This document shows positions 1-9,303 of a stretch of 58,038 bases of DNA, in pieces; the first letter of the stretch is position 1; each line of letters begins with the position of its first letter. The position numbers were made by a program, and so were the translations under genes. The notes beneath the pieces were generated by a model. It saw nothing but the letters and a program-made list of their open reading frames with translations. It had not been told where the DNA came from and made no database searches. Source of the stretch: Comamonas sp. lk (GTDB lineage Bacteria; Pseudomonadota; Gammaproteobacteria; Burkholderiales; Burkholderiaceae_C); NCBI GenBank assembly GCA_945865425.1, contig CAMBFN010000001.1:1-58038 (forward strand), read 5' to 3'.

Positions 1-507
1 AACTGCACCGTCATCTTCATCAACCAGATTCGAATGAAGATCGGCGTCATGTTCGGCAGCCCCGAAACCACCACCGGCGGCAATGCGCTCAAGTTTTACG
101 CCTCGGTGCGCCTGGACATCCGCCGCACCGGCACCATCAAAAAAGGCGACGAGGCCATTGGCAACGAGACCAAAGTGAAGGTGGTCAAGAACAAAGTCGC
201 CTCGCCCTTTAAGACCGCCGAGTTCGACATCCTGTTTGGCGAAGGCATCAGCCGCCATGGCGAGATCATCGACATGGGTGTGAACGCCCACATCATCGAA
301 AAATCCGGCGCCTGGTACGCCTACCAGGGCGAAAAAATCGGCCAGGGTCGCGACAACGCGCGCGAGTTTTTGCGTGAGAACCCCGCCCTGTCGGCCGAAA
401 TTGAGAACAAAGTGCGCGAATCCCTAGGCATCCCGCTGCTGGCGGGCACCCCTGAAGTGCCCGAGGCCAAAGTCAAAGGTGGCAAAAAAGCCGAAGCCGC
501 TGCTTAA
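1..507 (+). CDS. recA: Recombinase RecA, 5'-truncated by the window edge
   Basis: Frame is open from base 1 ([42 protein letters not shown]), which is the RecA signature region. Confidence 0.99.
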   Translation, partial: NCTVIFINQIRMKIGVMFGSPETTTGGNALKFYASVRLDIRRTGTIKKGDEAIGNETKVKVVKNKVASPFKTAEFDILFGEGISRHGEIIDMGVNAHIIEKSGAWYAYQGEKIGQGRDNAREFLRENPALSAEIENKVRESLGIPLLAGTPEVPEAKVKGGKKAEAAA

Positions 508-523
508 GACCCGGTCAGCGCCC

Positions 524-557
524 GCGCCCGGCATCCTGTCGACGTCGGGCGCTTTTT
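524..557 (+). terminator. Intrinsic terminator/attenuator between recA and recX
   Basis: Stem GCGCCCGGCATC / GACGTCGGGCGC followed by TTTTT. Confidence 0.7.
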
Positions 558-598
558 GACTATCCGCAGCTAGCAACGCTTTTTCACAGCCACCAAGC

Positions 599-1054
599 AT
601 GGCCACCGGCCCCAAACTTTCCCTCACCGGCCGCGCGCTGCGCCTGCTTAGCAGCCGCGAGCATTCGCGCGCCGAGTTGCAGCGCAAGCTCGCCCCGCAT
701 GAGGAAACACCGGGCGAGCTGGCCGCCGTGCTGGACAAACTGGCGGCCAAAGACCTGCAAAGCGACCAGCGCGCCGTCGATTCGCTGGTACACCGGCGCA
801 GCGCCAAACTTGGCAGCGCCCGCATCCGCCAGGAAATGCATTCCAAAGGCATGGAACCCGAAGCCATGGCCCGGGCCCTAGACCAACTGCGTGCCAGCGA
901 ACAAGCGCGCGCCCATGAAGTCTGGCGCAAAAAATTCGGCCAAGCCGCCACCACACCGGCAGAACGTGCAAAGCAAGTACGCTTTTTAGCCAGCCGGGGC
1001 TTTGGCGGCGAAGCTATCGCCCGCGTGGTATCCGGGGCATTTGATGCGGATTAG
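599..1054 (+). CDS. recX: Recombination regulator RecX
   Basis: ALRLLSSREHSRAEL, G-x-x-RIRQE and RFLASRGF motifs; directly downstream of recA. Confidence 0.96.
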   Translation: MATGPKLSLTGRALRLLSSREHSRAELQRKLAPHEETPGELAAVLDKLAAKDLQSDQRAVDSLVHRRSAKLGSARIRQEMHSKGMEPEAMARALDQLRASEQARAHEVWRKKFGQAATTPAERAKQVRFLASRGFGGEAIARVVSGAFDAD

Positions 1055-1096
1055 GATAGTCTCCTCAAAATGAGCGTCTAAATAGGAGTTAGCGAG

Positions 1097-1765
1097 ATGA
1101 GAAAGTTTTGGATTGAAAACCGGGGCATCATCCTTTTCTTATTTTTATTCGGCCTCTTTCGTACTGCCATCGCCGACTACAACCCGATTCCTTCGGGCTC
1201 CATGCGCCCCTCCTTGCTCGAAGGTGATGTGGTGTTGGTAAACCGGGTGGCCTACGATCTGAAAGTGCCGCTGACCGACATCTCGCTTGCGCCAATGGGC
1301 GAGCCGCTAAGAGGCGATATCGTGGTTTTTTTCTCTCCCAAAGACGGCACCCGTATGATTAAGCGTCTGGTCGCACTGCCGGGCGATACGGTTGAAATGC
1401 GCAAAGGTGTGCTCATCATCAACGGCGAAGCAGCGCAGTATTCGGATGGCGTCCAAGTGCAAGAGCCCATCGACGGGGCATCGCCTTTACCCGCATTGCG
1501 TCTGTGTGAGCGTCTGGGGAAAAGAGACCACGCGGTGCAATGGTTGCCTAGCGTGCCATCGCTGCGCTCGATGCCTGCCTTTCGTGTGCCCGAAGGCCAT
1601 TACTGGATGATGGGTGACAACCGAGATAACAGCGCCGACTCACGCTACATCGGCGCCGTGCCACGCCATCTGCTGGTGGGCCGCGCGCATCACTTGGTGC
1701 TTTCGGTCGCATTCAAAGAAGACTGGCTGCCACGCTGGCAGCGCTTTGGCATGCCGCTTTCCTGA
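1097..1765 (+). CDS. lepB: Signal peptidase I (S26), probably a secondary paralogue
   Basis: N-terminal TM helix; catalytic Ser box IPSGSMRPSL, Lys box IKRLVALPGD and box E GDNRDNSADSR; AGGAG RBS. Confidence 0.93.
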   Translation: MRKFWIENRGIILFLFLFGLFRTAIADYNPIPSGSMRPSLLEGDVVLVNRVAYDLKVPLTDISLAPMGEPLRGDIVVFFSPKDGTRMIKRLVALPGDTVEMRKGVLIINGEAAQYSDGVQVQEPIDGASPLPALRLCERLGKRDHAVQWLPSVPSLRSMPAFRVPEGHYWMMGDNRDNSADSRYIGAVPRHLLVGRAHHLVLSVAFKEDWLPRWQRFGMPLS

Positions 1766-1767
1766 AT

Positions 1768-2688
1768 TTACAAGCCCAACATCAACTCCAGGTTCTGCAC
1801 CGCCGCGCCGCTGGCGCCTTTGCCCAGGTTGTCCAGGCGGGCGACCAAGAGGGCGTGGCCGGCCGCTTGGTTGGCGAAGACGCGCAACTCCATCTGATTG
1901 CTGCCGGCCAGGGCTACCGCGTCGAGCTTGCCCTCTATTGAAGGCAGCTCCACTGTCACGGTGCGGCTACCGGCATAGTGCGCGGCCAGGGCATCATGCA
2001 AGGCTTGGGCGCTGGGCTGGCCCGGAAGGCTGTCCAGGTGCAGCGGTAGCTGCACCAGCATGCCTTGCGCGAAATTGCCCACCGAGGGCACAAACAGCGG
2101 GCGGCGCGTCAGGCCGCTGCAATGCATGATTTCGGGGATGTGCTTGTGCTGCAATCCCAGGGCGTAGAGCTCAAAGGGCGCGGCGCTGCCCGCCTCGTAG
2201 GCTTGAATCATGCTCCGTCCGCCACCGCTGTAACCGCTGACGGAAGGCAGACACACAGAAAAGTCCGCCGGCAACAATCCCGCATCGATCAAGGGGCGCA
2301 AAAGCGCAATCGCGCCGGTGGCGTAGCAGCCAGGGTTAGCCACACGATCTGCCGCAGCGATAGCTGTACTTTGGCCGGCGCACAGCTCAGCAAAACCATA
2401 GACCCAGCCCGGCGCGGTGCGGTGCGCGGTCGAGGCGTCGATGATGCGCGGCGCCGCACCGGTGTCGCGGCGCAGTGCATCGACCATCGCGACCGAAGCG
2501 ATAGCCGCGTCGTCGTGCAAACACAAAATCACCACCTCGGCCTGCGCCATCAGCGCGCGCTTGGCGGTATCGTCTTTGCGCAAGGCTGGGTCTATGCGCA
2601 GCATCTCGATCTGCGCCATGGCTTGTAGGCGCTCGCGAATCTGAAGTCCGGTGGTTCCGGCTTCGCCATCGATAAAGATTTTTTTCAT
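1768..2688 (-). CDS. argC: N-acetyl-gamma-glutamyl-phosphate reductase (type 2)
   Basis: [31 protein letters not shown] and [14 protein letters not shown] motifs; start placed at MKKIF. Confidence 0.96.
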   Translation of the reverse strand: MKKIFIDGEAGTTGLQIRERLQAMAQIEMLRIDPALRKDDTAKRALMAQAEVVILCLHDDAAIASVAMVDALRRDTGAAPRIIDASTAHRTAPGWVYGFAELCAGQSTAIAAADRVANPGCYATGAIALLRPLIDAGLLPADFSVCLPSVSGYSGGGRSMIQAYEAGSAAPFELYALGLQHKHIPEIMHCSGLTRRPLFVPSVGNFAQGMLVQLPLHLDSLPGQPSAQALHDALAAHYAGSRTVTVELPSIEGKLDAVALAGSNQMELRVFANQAAGHALLVARLDNLGKGASGAAVQNLELMLGL

Positions 2689-2757
2689 GGTCAAAAGTGG
2701 CATTCCATAGAAGTGGCGCTACGTCACCGGAGGTCTCTAGGCTAGCACTGCACAGGT

Positions 2758-2836
2758 CCGTCACTGCGAGGAGCGCTAGCGACGCGGCAGTCCATGAGCC
2801 CATGGATTGCCACGGCCTTCGGCCTCGCAATGACGG
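2758..2836. repeat. 79-bp cruciform palindromic element (REP/MITE-like)
   Basis: Terminal inverted repeat CCGTCACTGCGAGG / CCTCGCAATGACGG (13/14 match), inner IR GGCAGTCCATG / CATGGATTGCC and a small GGCC-TTC-GGCC hairpin; intergenic between argC and sucC. Confidence 0.75.
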
Positions 2837-3020
2837 GTTTGGGGGCCGCAATCACGGATTTGGACTCCTACAGACCTTCCTTGACGCAGCGTAAGCGCAG
2901 GGCAAGTTTGACGCGCCGCACCATGATACAGTTCCGCGTCTTAGCGCTGCCCGCTGTGGCACCCCGGTTTGCGCGCGGTAACGCCAGTCACCGCGCCATC
3001 TGTTTCAAACGAGAAAAGCC

Positions 3021-4190
3021 ATGAAAATCCACGAATACCAAGGCAAGGAAATCTTGCGCAATGCTGGCGTGCCTGTCCCGCGCGGCATCCCCGCTTTCAC
3101 GGTGCAAGAGGCGGTCGAAGCCGCGCAAAAACTCGGCGGCCCGGTGTGGGTAGTCAAGGCGCAAATCCATGCCGGTGGTCGCGGCAAAGGCGGCGGCGTC
3201 AAATTGGCCCGCTCGATTGACGAAGTCAAGCAACTGGCGACCGAGATTTTGGGCATGCAGCTCATCACCCACCAGACCGGCCCGCTGGGCCAGAAGGTGC
3301 GCCGCTTGCTGATTGAAGACGGCGCCGACATTCAAAAAGAGTATTACGTCTCTGCCGTCACCGACCGCGCCAGCCAGCGCGTGGCCATGATCGTCTCTTC
3401 CGAAGGCGGCATGGATATCGAAGGCGTGGCGCATGACACGCCGGAAAAAATCATCACCGAAATTGTCGACCCGGCCTTAGGCATGACCGGCGCGCAAGCC
3501 AAAAAACTGGCCGACGCCATTGGTGTGCCCGCCGACTCCACGGCCAAGGCGGTCGAAGTGTTGCAAAAAATCTACCAAGTCTATATGGACACCGATGCCA
3601 GTTTGGTGGAAGTGAACCCGCTGATTTTGGAAGGCAATGGCAATATCAAAGCCCTGGACGCCAAGTTCAACTTTGATGCCAACGCGCTGTACCGCCACCC
3701 CGAAATCGTGGCCTACCGGGATTTGGACGAAGAAGACGCGGCCGAAATCGAGGCCTCCAAGTTTGACCTGGCCTATATCAGCCTGGACGGCAACATCGGC
3801 TGCCTGGTCAACGGCGCCGGTCTGGCCATGGCCACTATGGACACCATCAAGCTGTTTGGCGCTGAACCGGCAAACTTCTTGGACGTTGGCGGCGGCGCCA
3901 CCCCAGAAAAGGTGACCGAGGCCTTCAAGATCATGCTGAAAAATCCCAAGGTCAAGGCAATTTTGGTCAACATCTTTGGCGGCATCATGAAGTGCGACAC
4001 CATTGCCCACGGCGTCATCGCTGCTTGCAAAGCGGTCAATCTGCAAGTGCCGCTGGTGGTACGCATGAAGGGCACTAACGAGGACATCGGCAAAAAAATG
4101 CTGGCCGACTCGGGCCTGCCCATCATTAGCGCCGACACCATGGCCGAAGCGGCGCAAAAAGTCGTCGCCGCCGTCCAAGCCCACGCCTAA
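3021..4190 (+). CDS. sucC: Succinyl-CoA ligase [ADP-forming] beta subunit
   Basis: [36 protein letters not shown] and NFLDVGGGA motifs. Confidence 0.99.
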   Translation: MKIHEYQGKEILRNAGVPVPRGIPAFTVQEAVEAAQKLGGPVWVVKAQIHAGGRGKGGGVKLARSIDEVKQLATEILGMQLITHQTGPLGQKVRRLLIEDGADIQKEYYVSAVTDRASQRVAMIVSSEGGMDIEGVAHDTPEKIITEIVDPALGMTGAQAKKLADAIGVPADSTAKAVEVLQKIYQVYMDTDASLVEVNPLILEGNGNIKALDAKFNFDANALYRHPEIVAYRDLDEEDAAEIEASKFDLAYISLDGNIGCLVNGAGLAMATMDTIKLFGAEPANFLDVGGGATPEKVTEAFKIMLKNPKVKAILVNIFGGIMKCDTIAHGVIAACKAVNLQVPLVVRMKGTNEDIGKKMLADSGLPIISADTMAEAAQKVVAAVQAHA

Positions 4191-4220
4191 AGCCCACGCC
4201 ACCGTCAGAAAGAAACCGCC

Positions 4221-5114
4221 ATGTCGATCTTCATCAACAAAGACACCCGCGTCATTACCCAGGGCATTACCGGCAAAACCGGCGCATTCCACACCGAAAA
4301 GTGCCAGGAATACGCCAATGGCAAAGCCTGCTTTGTCGCCGGTGTCAACCCTAAAAAGGCCGGTGAGTCGGTGCTAGGTATCCCGATTTACGGCTCGGTC
4401 AAGGAGGCTGCCCACGAAACCGGCGCCACCGTGTCCGTCATCTATGTGCCGCCGCCTGGCGCGGCAGCTGCCATCTGGGAAGCCGTAGAGGCCGACCTGG
4501 ACCTGGCTATCTGCATTACCGAAGGCATCCCGGTGCGCGACATGTTGGAAGTACGCAACAAAATGCGCGCCAAAGAAGCCGCCGGTGGCAAGAAAACCTT
4601 GCTGCTAGGGCCCAACTGCCCGGGGCTGATCACGCCCGAAGAAATCAAAATCGGCATCATGCCCGGCCACATCCACCGCAAAGGCCGCATCGGCGTGGTC
4701 AGCCGCTCCGGCACGCTAACCTATGAAGCGGTGGCGCAGCTCACCGAAATCGGCCTGGGCCAGTCCAGCGCCGTGGGCATTGGCGGCGATCCAATCAACG
4801 GACTCAAGCACATCGACATCATGCGTGCCTTCAACGACGACCCGGACACCGACGCGGTCATCATGATTGGCGAAATCGGCGGCCCCGACGAAGCCGAAGC
4901 AGCGCGCTGGTGCAAGCTCAATATGAAAAAACCCATCGTCGGCTTTATCGCCGGTGTCACCGCGCCCGCCGGCAAGCGCATGGGCCATGCCGGTGCGCTG
5001 ATCAGCGGTGGCGCCGACACGGCGGACGCCAAGCTGGCGGTGATGGAGGAGTGTGGCTTCAAGGTGACACGCAACCCTTCCGAAATGGCCAAGCTACTTA
5101 AAGCCATGCTTTAA
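4221..5114 (+). CDS. sucD: Succinyl-CoA ligase alpha subunit
   Basis: [23 protein letters not shown] and phospho-His motif RMGHAGA. Confidence 0.99.
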   Translation: MSIFINKDTRVITQGITGKTGAFHTEKCQEYANGKACFVAGVNPKKAGESVLGIPIYGSVKEAAHETGATVSVIYVPPPGAAAAIWEAVEADLDLAICITEGIPVRDMLEVRNKMRAKEAAGGKKTLLLGPNCPGLITPEEIKIGIMPGHIHRKGRIGVVSRSGTLTYEAVAQLTEIGLGQSSAVGIGGDPINGLKHIDIMRAFNDDPDTDAVIMIGEIGGPDEAEAARWCKLNMKKPIVGFIAGVTAPAGKRMGHAGALISGGADTADAKLAVMEECGFKVTRNPSEMAKLLKAML

Positions 5115-5241
5115 GCCTGGCTTTCACGCCACAGGCAGGCCGTCCCTAAGCGGCGTCCTACCAATCGCTACACCCTGACACCCCCGCAGGAGCACCAGCG
5201 CCGGGGGGTACGGGCATAAGGCCCGCATAAGAAAGAGAATC

Positions 5242-5934
5242 ATGGAAATGCTGCAAACCCCCGAGTTCTGGTTTGGGCTACTGAAAATCATCTGGATCAA
5301 CATCATCCTGTCTGGCGATAACGCTGTGGTCATCGCCTTGGCGGCGCGCAGCCTGCCGCCGGAGCAACAGCGCCAGGCCGTCTTATTTGGCTCGGGCGCG
5401 GCGGTGGTCTTGCGCATCGTGCTAACGGTGGTGGCGGTGCAATTACTGGCCCTGCCTTATTTACAAATGGTGGGCGGCGCGCTGCTCTTGTGGATCGGCG
5501 TACAACTGCTGTCCGATCACGGTGGCGACGAGGGCGAAGAAAAACAATACGGCTCCATGATGGCCGCCATACGCACCATCTTGATCGCCGACCTGGTTAT
5601 GAGCCTGGACAACGTGATTGCCGTGGCCGCTGCCGCCAATGGAAACATGGTGCTGCTGGTGCTGGGATTGGCGATCAGCATCCCTATGGTCATCTTCGGC
5701 AGCACCTTGATGATCCGCCTGATGGAGCGCTTCCCCATTGTGGTGACTTTTGGCGCGGCGCTGATCGGCTGGGTGGGGGGTGAAACTGTGGTCAGCGACA
5801 AAGTGCTGGTACCGCTGCTAGAAAACGCCCATTGGCTGCACCAAGCCGGCCCGGCCCTGGGCGCAGCACTGGTGCTGCTGCTGGGACGCTGGCTGCAAAA
5901 GCGTCATGACAAGGACGACTTGCCAGCGCCCTAA
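5242..5934 (+). CDS. TerC family (YjbE-like) membrane protein
   Basis: LSGDNAVVIALA and ADLVMSLDNVIAVA motifs; multiple TM helices. Confidence 0.93.
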   Translation: MEMLQTPEFWFGLLKIIWINIILSGDNAVVIALAARSLPPEQQRQAVLFGSGAAVVLRIVLTVVAVQLLALPYLQMVGGALLLWIGVQLLSDHGGDEGEEKQYGSMMAAIRTILIADLVMSLDNVIAVAAAANGNMVLLVLGLAISIPMVIFGSTLMIRLMERFPIVVTFGAALIGWVGGETVVSDKVLVPLLENAHWLHQAGPALGAALVLLLGRWLQKRHDKDDLPAP

Positions 5935-6177
5935 GCGCTGCTGCACGGCAGGGCGGTCTGCACCGACAATACTTGGCAGCAGGTCGTGCCTTGCTGGCAT
6001 ATAAGGCCAGTGGCTATGCTTGGCCAGCAATAGCTGATCTCTTTTGACGATGCGCAAAACCTCTGCCGCTCCTTATTTGATATACCATTTGAAAACTATT
6101 GTCAAAATTTTTAAAACCTAAGTGTTTCAGTTGACCCAGGTACATCTACTTATTTATTTGTTGATAGGGAGTTCTTT

Positions 6178-6660
6178 ATGAAAAACAGCCTGCAAAAGGG
6201 TTTCACCCTGATTGAGTTGATGATCGTGATCGCGATCATCGGAGTTCTGGCAGCGGTGGCGGTGCCGGCGTACCAAGACTATATTGCGAAGGCGCAAGTG
6301 GCATCGGCCTTGGTTGAAATACAGTCTGCGAAAAATCAAGTTGAAACAAAGGTTATTGAAGGTGTTACGACTGCGCTGACTTATACGACTTCAACTGTCA
6401 GTGAGATTGGCTTAAAGAGCGGTACCGAACGCTGCGCGACAGTCACCGCGACAGTTAAAACCACTGGGGAGGCTGGCATTCTTTGCCAAATTAAGGGCTC
6501 TAATGCGGTCAAAGATAAGTACCTCCAATACTATCGGTCTGCAGACACTACTACCGCTGGCAGCGTAGTAAGCGGCACTTGGAGTTGCAAAACTGATGCT
6601 GATGCGAAACATGCGCCAAAAACCTGTGCGTCTAGCTCGTCTGCACCAACTAATCCGTGA
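6178..6660 (+). CDS. pilA: Type IVa major pilin
   Basis: Prepilin cleavage motif QKG|[27 protein letters not shown]; four Cys including the C-terminal D-region; variable part is AT-richer than the flanks. Confidence 0.95.
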   Translation: MKNSLQKGFTLIELMIVIAIIGVLAAVAVPAYQDYIAKAQVASALVEIQSAKNQVETKVIEGVTTALTYTTSTVSEIGLKSGTERCATVTATVKTTGEAGILCQIKGSNAVKDKYLQYYRSADTTTAGSVVSGTWSCKTDADAKHAPKTCASSSSAPTNP

Positions 6661-6782
6661 TATGCATTCGACGAAGCTAATTAGCGGTCGCTTCGCGTAT
6701 TGAGTTTTATTGCTCAATCTAAACCGCAGGCTCCAAGAATACCCCGCTATGGGGCAGACAGAGCCCGCCGATAATTCTGCGC

Positions 6783-8357
6783 GTGCCGCTCCTACCCCAA
6801 TTCTTTGCCTACTGTTTCGCCATATTGTGCCTGGCCTACCCCTGGCTCAATCCTTTTAACTTTGGCCCATCCGTAAACGTCGTCTCAGGCATGGTCGCCT
6901 GGTGGGGGGCCGCTGGATTAGGGCTGTGTTTCATCACCCTGCTTACCGGCCGCGAAGCGCGATGGCGCGTGCTGCTGGGAGGCTGGGCGCTGGCGGCGGG
7001 TGTGAGTGCGCTGATGGGGCTGCTGCAGTACTTTGACCAGTCGCAGCTGCTGGGCACTTGGGTGAATTACGCCGGACTGGGCCAGGCCTTTGGCAATTTG
7101 CGCCAGCGTAACCAGTTTGCCACTTTATGCAGCATCGGCTTGGTGCTGCTGTGGTGGTGGGCCCAGTACGCGCGGGCGGAAAAAATGAGCGCCGCGCAGA
7201 CTTTGGTATGGCTGGCAGCTGCAGCCGTGGTGTGCGCTGCCTCGGCGGCATCGAGTTCGCGCACCGGCTTTCTCCAGTTGCTGCTGCTCATGGCGCTTGC
7301 CTGGTGCTGGCGAGCCGGTGCGGGCGCATCGGGCCGCAGCTTGCATGGCCTGCTTCCAGTCGGTTTTATGTTGTTGGCCTATGCGCTGGCAGCCGTGTTG
7401 TTACCTATTGCGGCGGGGGTGGACGGATCAGTGTTTGAACGCATGCGCGAGCCGCCGCTGGGCTGCGAAAGCCGCATGGCTTTGTACCGCAATGTGCTAC
7501 ACCTCATCACGCAAAAGCCGCTTGCCGGCTGGGGCTGGGGAGAATTGGACTATGCGCATTTCATGACCCTGTACACCACGCCGCTTGCGGGTGTGCGTTT
7601 TTGCGCCATTTTGGACAATGCGCACAACCTGCCTTTGCAACTGGCCGTGGAGCTGGGGCTGCCACTGGCGCTATTGGCCTGCGCGCTGCTTCTAAGGTGG
7701 CTGCTGCAAAACAAACCCTGGGCCGAGCGTGTGCCCCAGCGCCAACTGGCCTGGAGCCTGCTGGCCATGGTGGGGCTGCACAGTTTGCTGGAATACCCGC
7801 TGTGGTACGGGCCGTTTCAGGTGGCCACCGCGCTGTGCCTATGGGTGTTGCATGCCTACCCGGCGCAGCAGGCGCGCGGCCCCGCAGTGGCCGACACTCC
7901 CGCGTCCGCATTCGCGGCGAGCCTTAGCGCGAGACCCCGCCTTGCCCTGTACGTCCGCTGGTTTGCCGTGCCACTACTTGCGCTGGTTTGCGCCATGGTG
8001 TCTTTGAATTACTGGCGCATGAGCCAGCTCTACATGACCGTAGAAAATCGCGCACCCGCTTACCGCGACAACACCCACACCAAGGTACAAGGCGCCTGGT
8101 TTTTCAGCGGCCATGTAGATTTTGCGGTGCTATCGGTCACGCCGGTGTCCGAGCAGACAGCGCCGTATTTGCTGCAGTTAGGTGAACACCTGTTGCATTT
8201 TTCGCCCGAAGCAAAAGTAGTGGAAAAGATTCTCGATGCGGCCATCATGCTGCAACGGGCAGACAAGATAGCGTTTTACGCACCGCGTTTTGCTGCTGCT
8301 TTTCCAGAGGATTACCAGCGCTGGCGTGCGGTCCATGCGCAGCTGGCTTTGCCCTAA
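6783..8357 (+). CDS. PglL-type O-oligosaccharyltransferase (Wzy_C/O-antigen ligase-like)
   Basis: GNLRQRNQFAT, SSSRTG, GWGWGEL, DNAHNLPLQLAVELG and HSLLEYPLWY motifs; polytopic membrane protein adjacent to the pilin; GTG start. Confidence 0.88.
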   Translation: MPLLPQFFAYCFAILCLAYPWLNPFNFGPSVNVVSGMVAWWGAAGLGLCFITLLTGREARWRVLLGGWALAAGVSALMGLLQYFDQSQLLGTWVNYAGLGQAFGNLRQRNQFATLCSIGLVLLWWWAQYARAEKMSAAQTLVWLAAAAVVCAASAASSSRTGFLQLLLLMALAWCWRAGAGASGRSLHGLLPVGFMLLAYALAAVLLPIAAGVDGSVFERMREPPLGCESRMALYRNVLHLITQKPLAGWGWGELDYAHFMTLYTTPLAGVRFCAILDNAHNLPLQLAVELGLPLALLACALLLRWLLQNKPWAERVPQRQLAWSLLAMVGLHSLLEYPLWYGPFQVATALCLWVLHAYPAQQARGPAVADTPASAFAASLSARPRLALYVRWFAVPLLALVCAMVSLNYWRMSQLYMTVENRAPAYRDNTHTKVQGAWFFSGHVDFAVLSVTPVSEQTAPYLLQLGEHLLHFSPEAKVVEKILDAAIMLQRADKIAFYAPRFAAAFPEDYQRWRAVHAQLALP

Positions 8358-8456
8358 GCGCACCTAGCGGCTTTACGCTCAATCGTTGAGGTCTAATAGG
8401 GCGCTATGGGACAAGGGTTTTCACCTGCCCCATCTTTGCCACACTGCGAAAGACCT

Positions 8457-8630
8457 ATGAAAACCATTTATCTATCCTTACTCATTTCCCTCTCCTGCAC
8501 TGGCTGTGCGATGTACGCGGTGGCAGACGCTGCCGTTGCGGTTGGGGCTACTGTGGTCAAAACCACCGCAAAGGCTGCGGGTGCCGTCATAGACGCAGTC
8601 ACACCGGATAGCAAATCAGACAAAAAATAA
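8457..8630 (+). CDS. Small putative lipoprotein (57 aa)
   Basis: MKTIYLSLLISLSCTG|C lipobox-like signal followed by an Ala/Val-rich helix. Confidence 0.7.
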   Translation: MKTIYLSLLISLSCTGCAMYAVADAAVAVGATVVKTTAKAAGAVIDAVTPDSKSDKK

Positions 8631-8705
8631 GCTGCCCTCGATTTTCGGTAAGACCGACCAAGGTATCAGCGATGGAATTAGCACCGAAACGGTAGACGCG
8701 ATAAA

Positions 8706-9200
8706 TCAGCGGTTCACAAAACTCCCGCTCTTGCCCCCGTGCTTTTCCAGCAAAGTGATGTCTTGCATCACCATACCTCTGTCCACCGCCTTGCACATGT
8801 CGTAAATGGTGAGTAGCGCAACCTGCACGGCGGTGAGGGCTTCCATTTCCACTCCGGTGGGGCCTACGGTCTCGACGGTGGCGGTGCAGCGCACGCCGTC
8901 TTGCGCATGCGGGTCGGTGGCGCGGTGCAGCAGCTCAAACACTACCGACACATGGGTCAGCGCCAAGGGGTGGCACAAGGGGATGAGTTCGCTGGTTTTT
9001 TTGGCTGCCATGATGCCCGCCACGCGCGCAATGCCCAGCACATCGCCTTTTATCGCGGTGCCGCTCTCGATCAAAGCCAGGGTCGCAGGCAGCATGTGGA
9101 TGCGCCCGCTGGCGATAGCGCGCCGCTGGGTGCTGGCTTTGGCAGCTACATCGACCATATGGGCCTGGCCCTGGGCGTCAAAATGGGTGAGGTTGGTCAT
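8706..9200 (-). CDS. moaC: Cyclic pyranopterin monophosphate synthase MoaC
   Basis: [31 protein letters not shown] and YDMCKAVD motifs. Confidence 0.98.
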   Translation of the reverse strand: MTNLTHFDAQGQAHMVDVAAKASTQRRAIASGRIHMLPATLALIESGTAIKGDVLGIARVAGIMAAKKTSELIPLCHPLALTHVSVVFELLHRATDPHAQDGVRCTATVETVGPTGVEMEALTAVQVALLTIYDMCKAVDRGMVMQDITLLEKHGGKSGSFVNR

Positions 9201-9303
9201 AGTGGTTAAGTCAAGGTGGGTTTTGCTGGCAAAGCGGGAGGCGCAGCCAATAAAAAATGCCAGCGCTTACCGCGCGTTCATGGTTCCCGTGCATCATACG
9301 GGT

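Noticed and set aside
2881-2913. TTGACGCAGCGTAAG and a repeated TTGACGC upstream of sucC as a LiuR site
   Set aside because: Spacing is 1 bp shorter than the LiuR motif and the ACGT cores are absent; insufficient support.
5115-5241. Riboswitch upstream of the first TerC gene
   Set aside because: Only a GC-rich hairpin; no GGGGAGTAG/CAAGACC yybP-ykoY elements.
5940-6177. Sigma54 (-24/-12) promoter for the pilin
   Set aside because: Several TGGC starts, but the GG-to-GC spacing is off by at least one base in each.
8806-9303. 717-aa version of the M48 protease ORF
   Set aside because: The extension is antisense to moaC; the signal-peptide-like start is at 9304.
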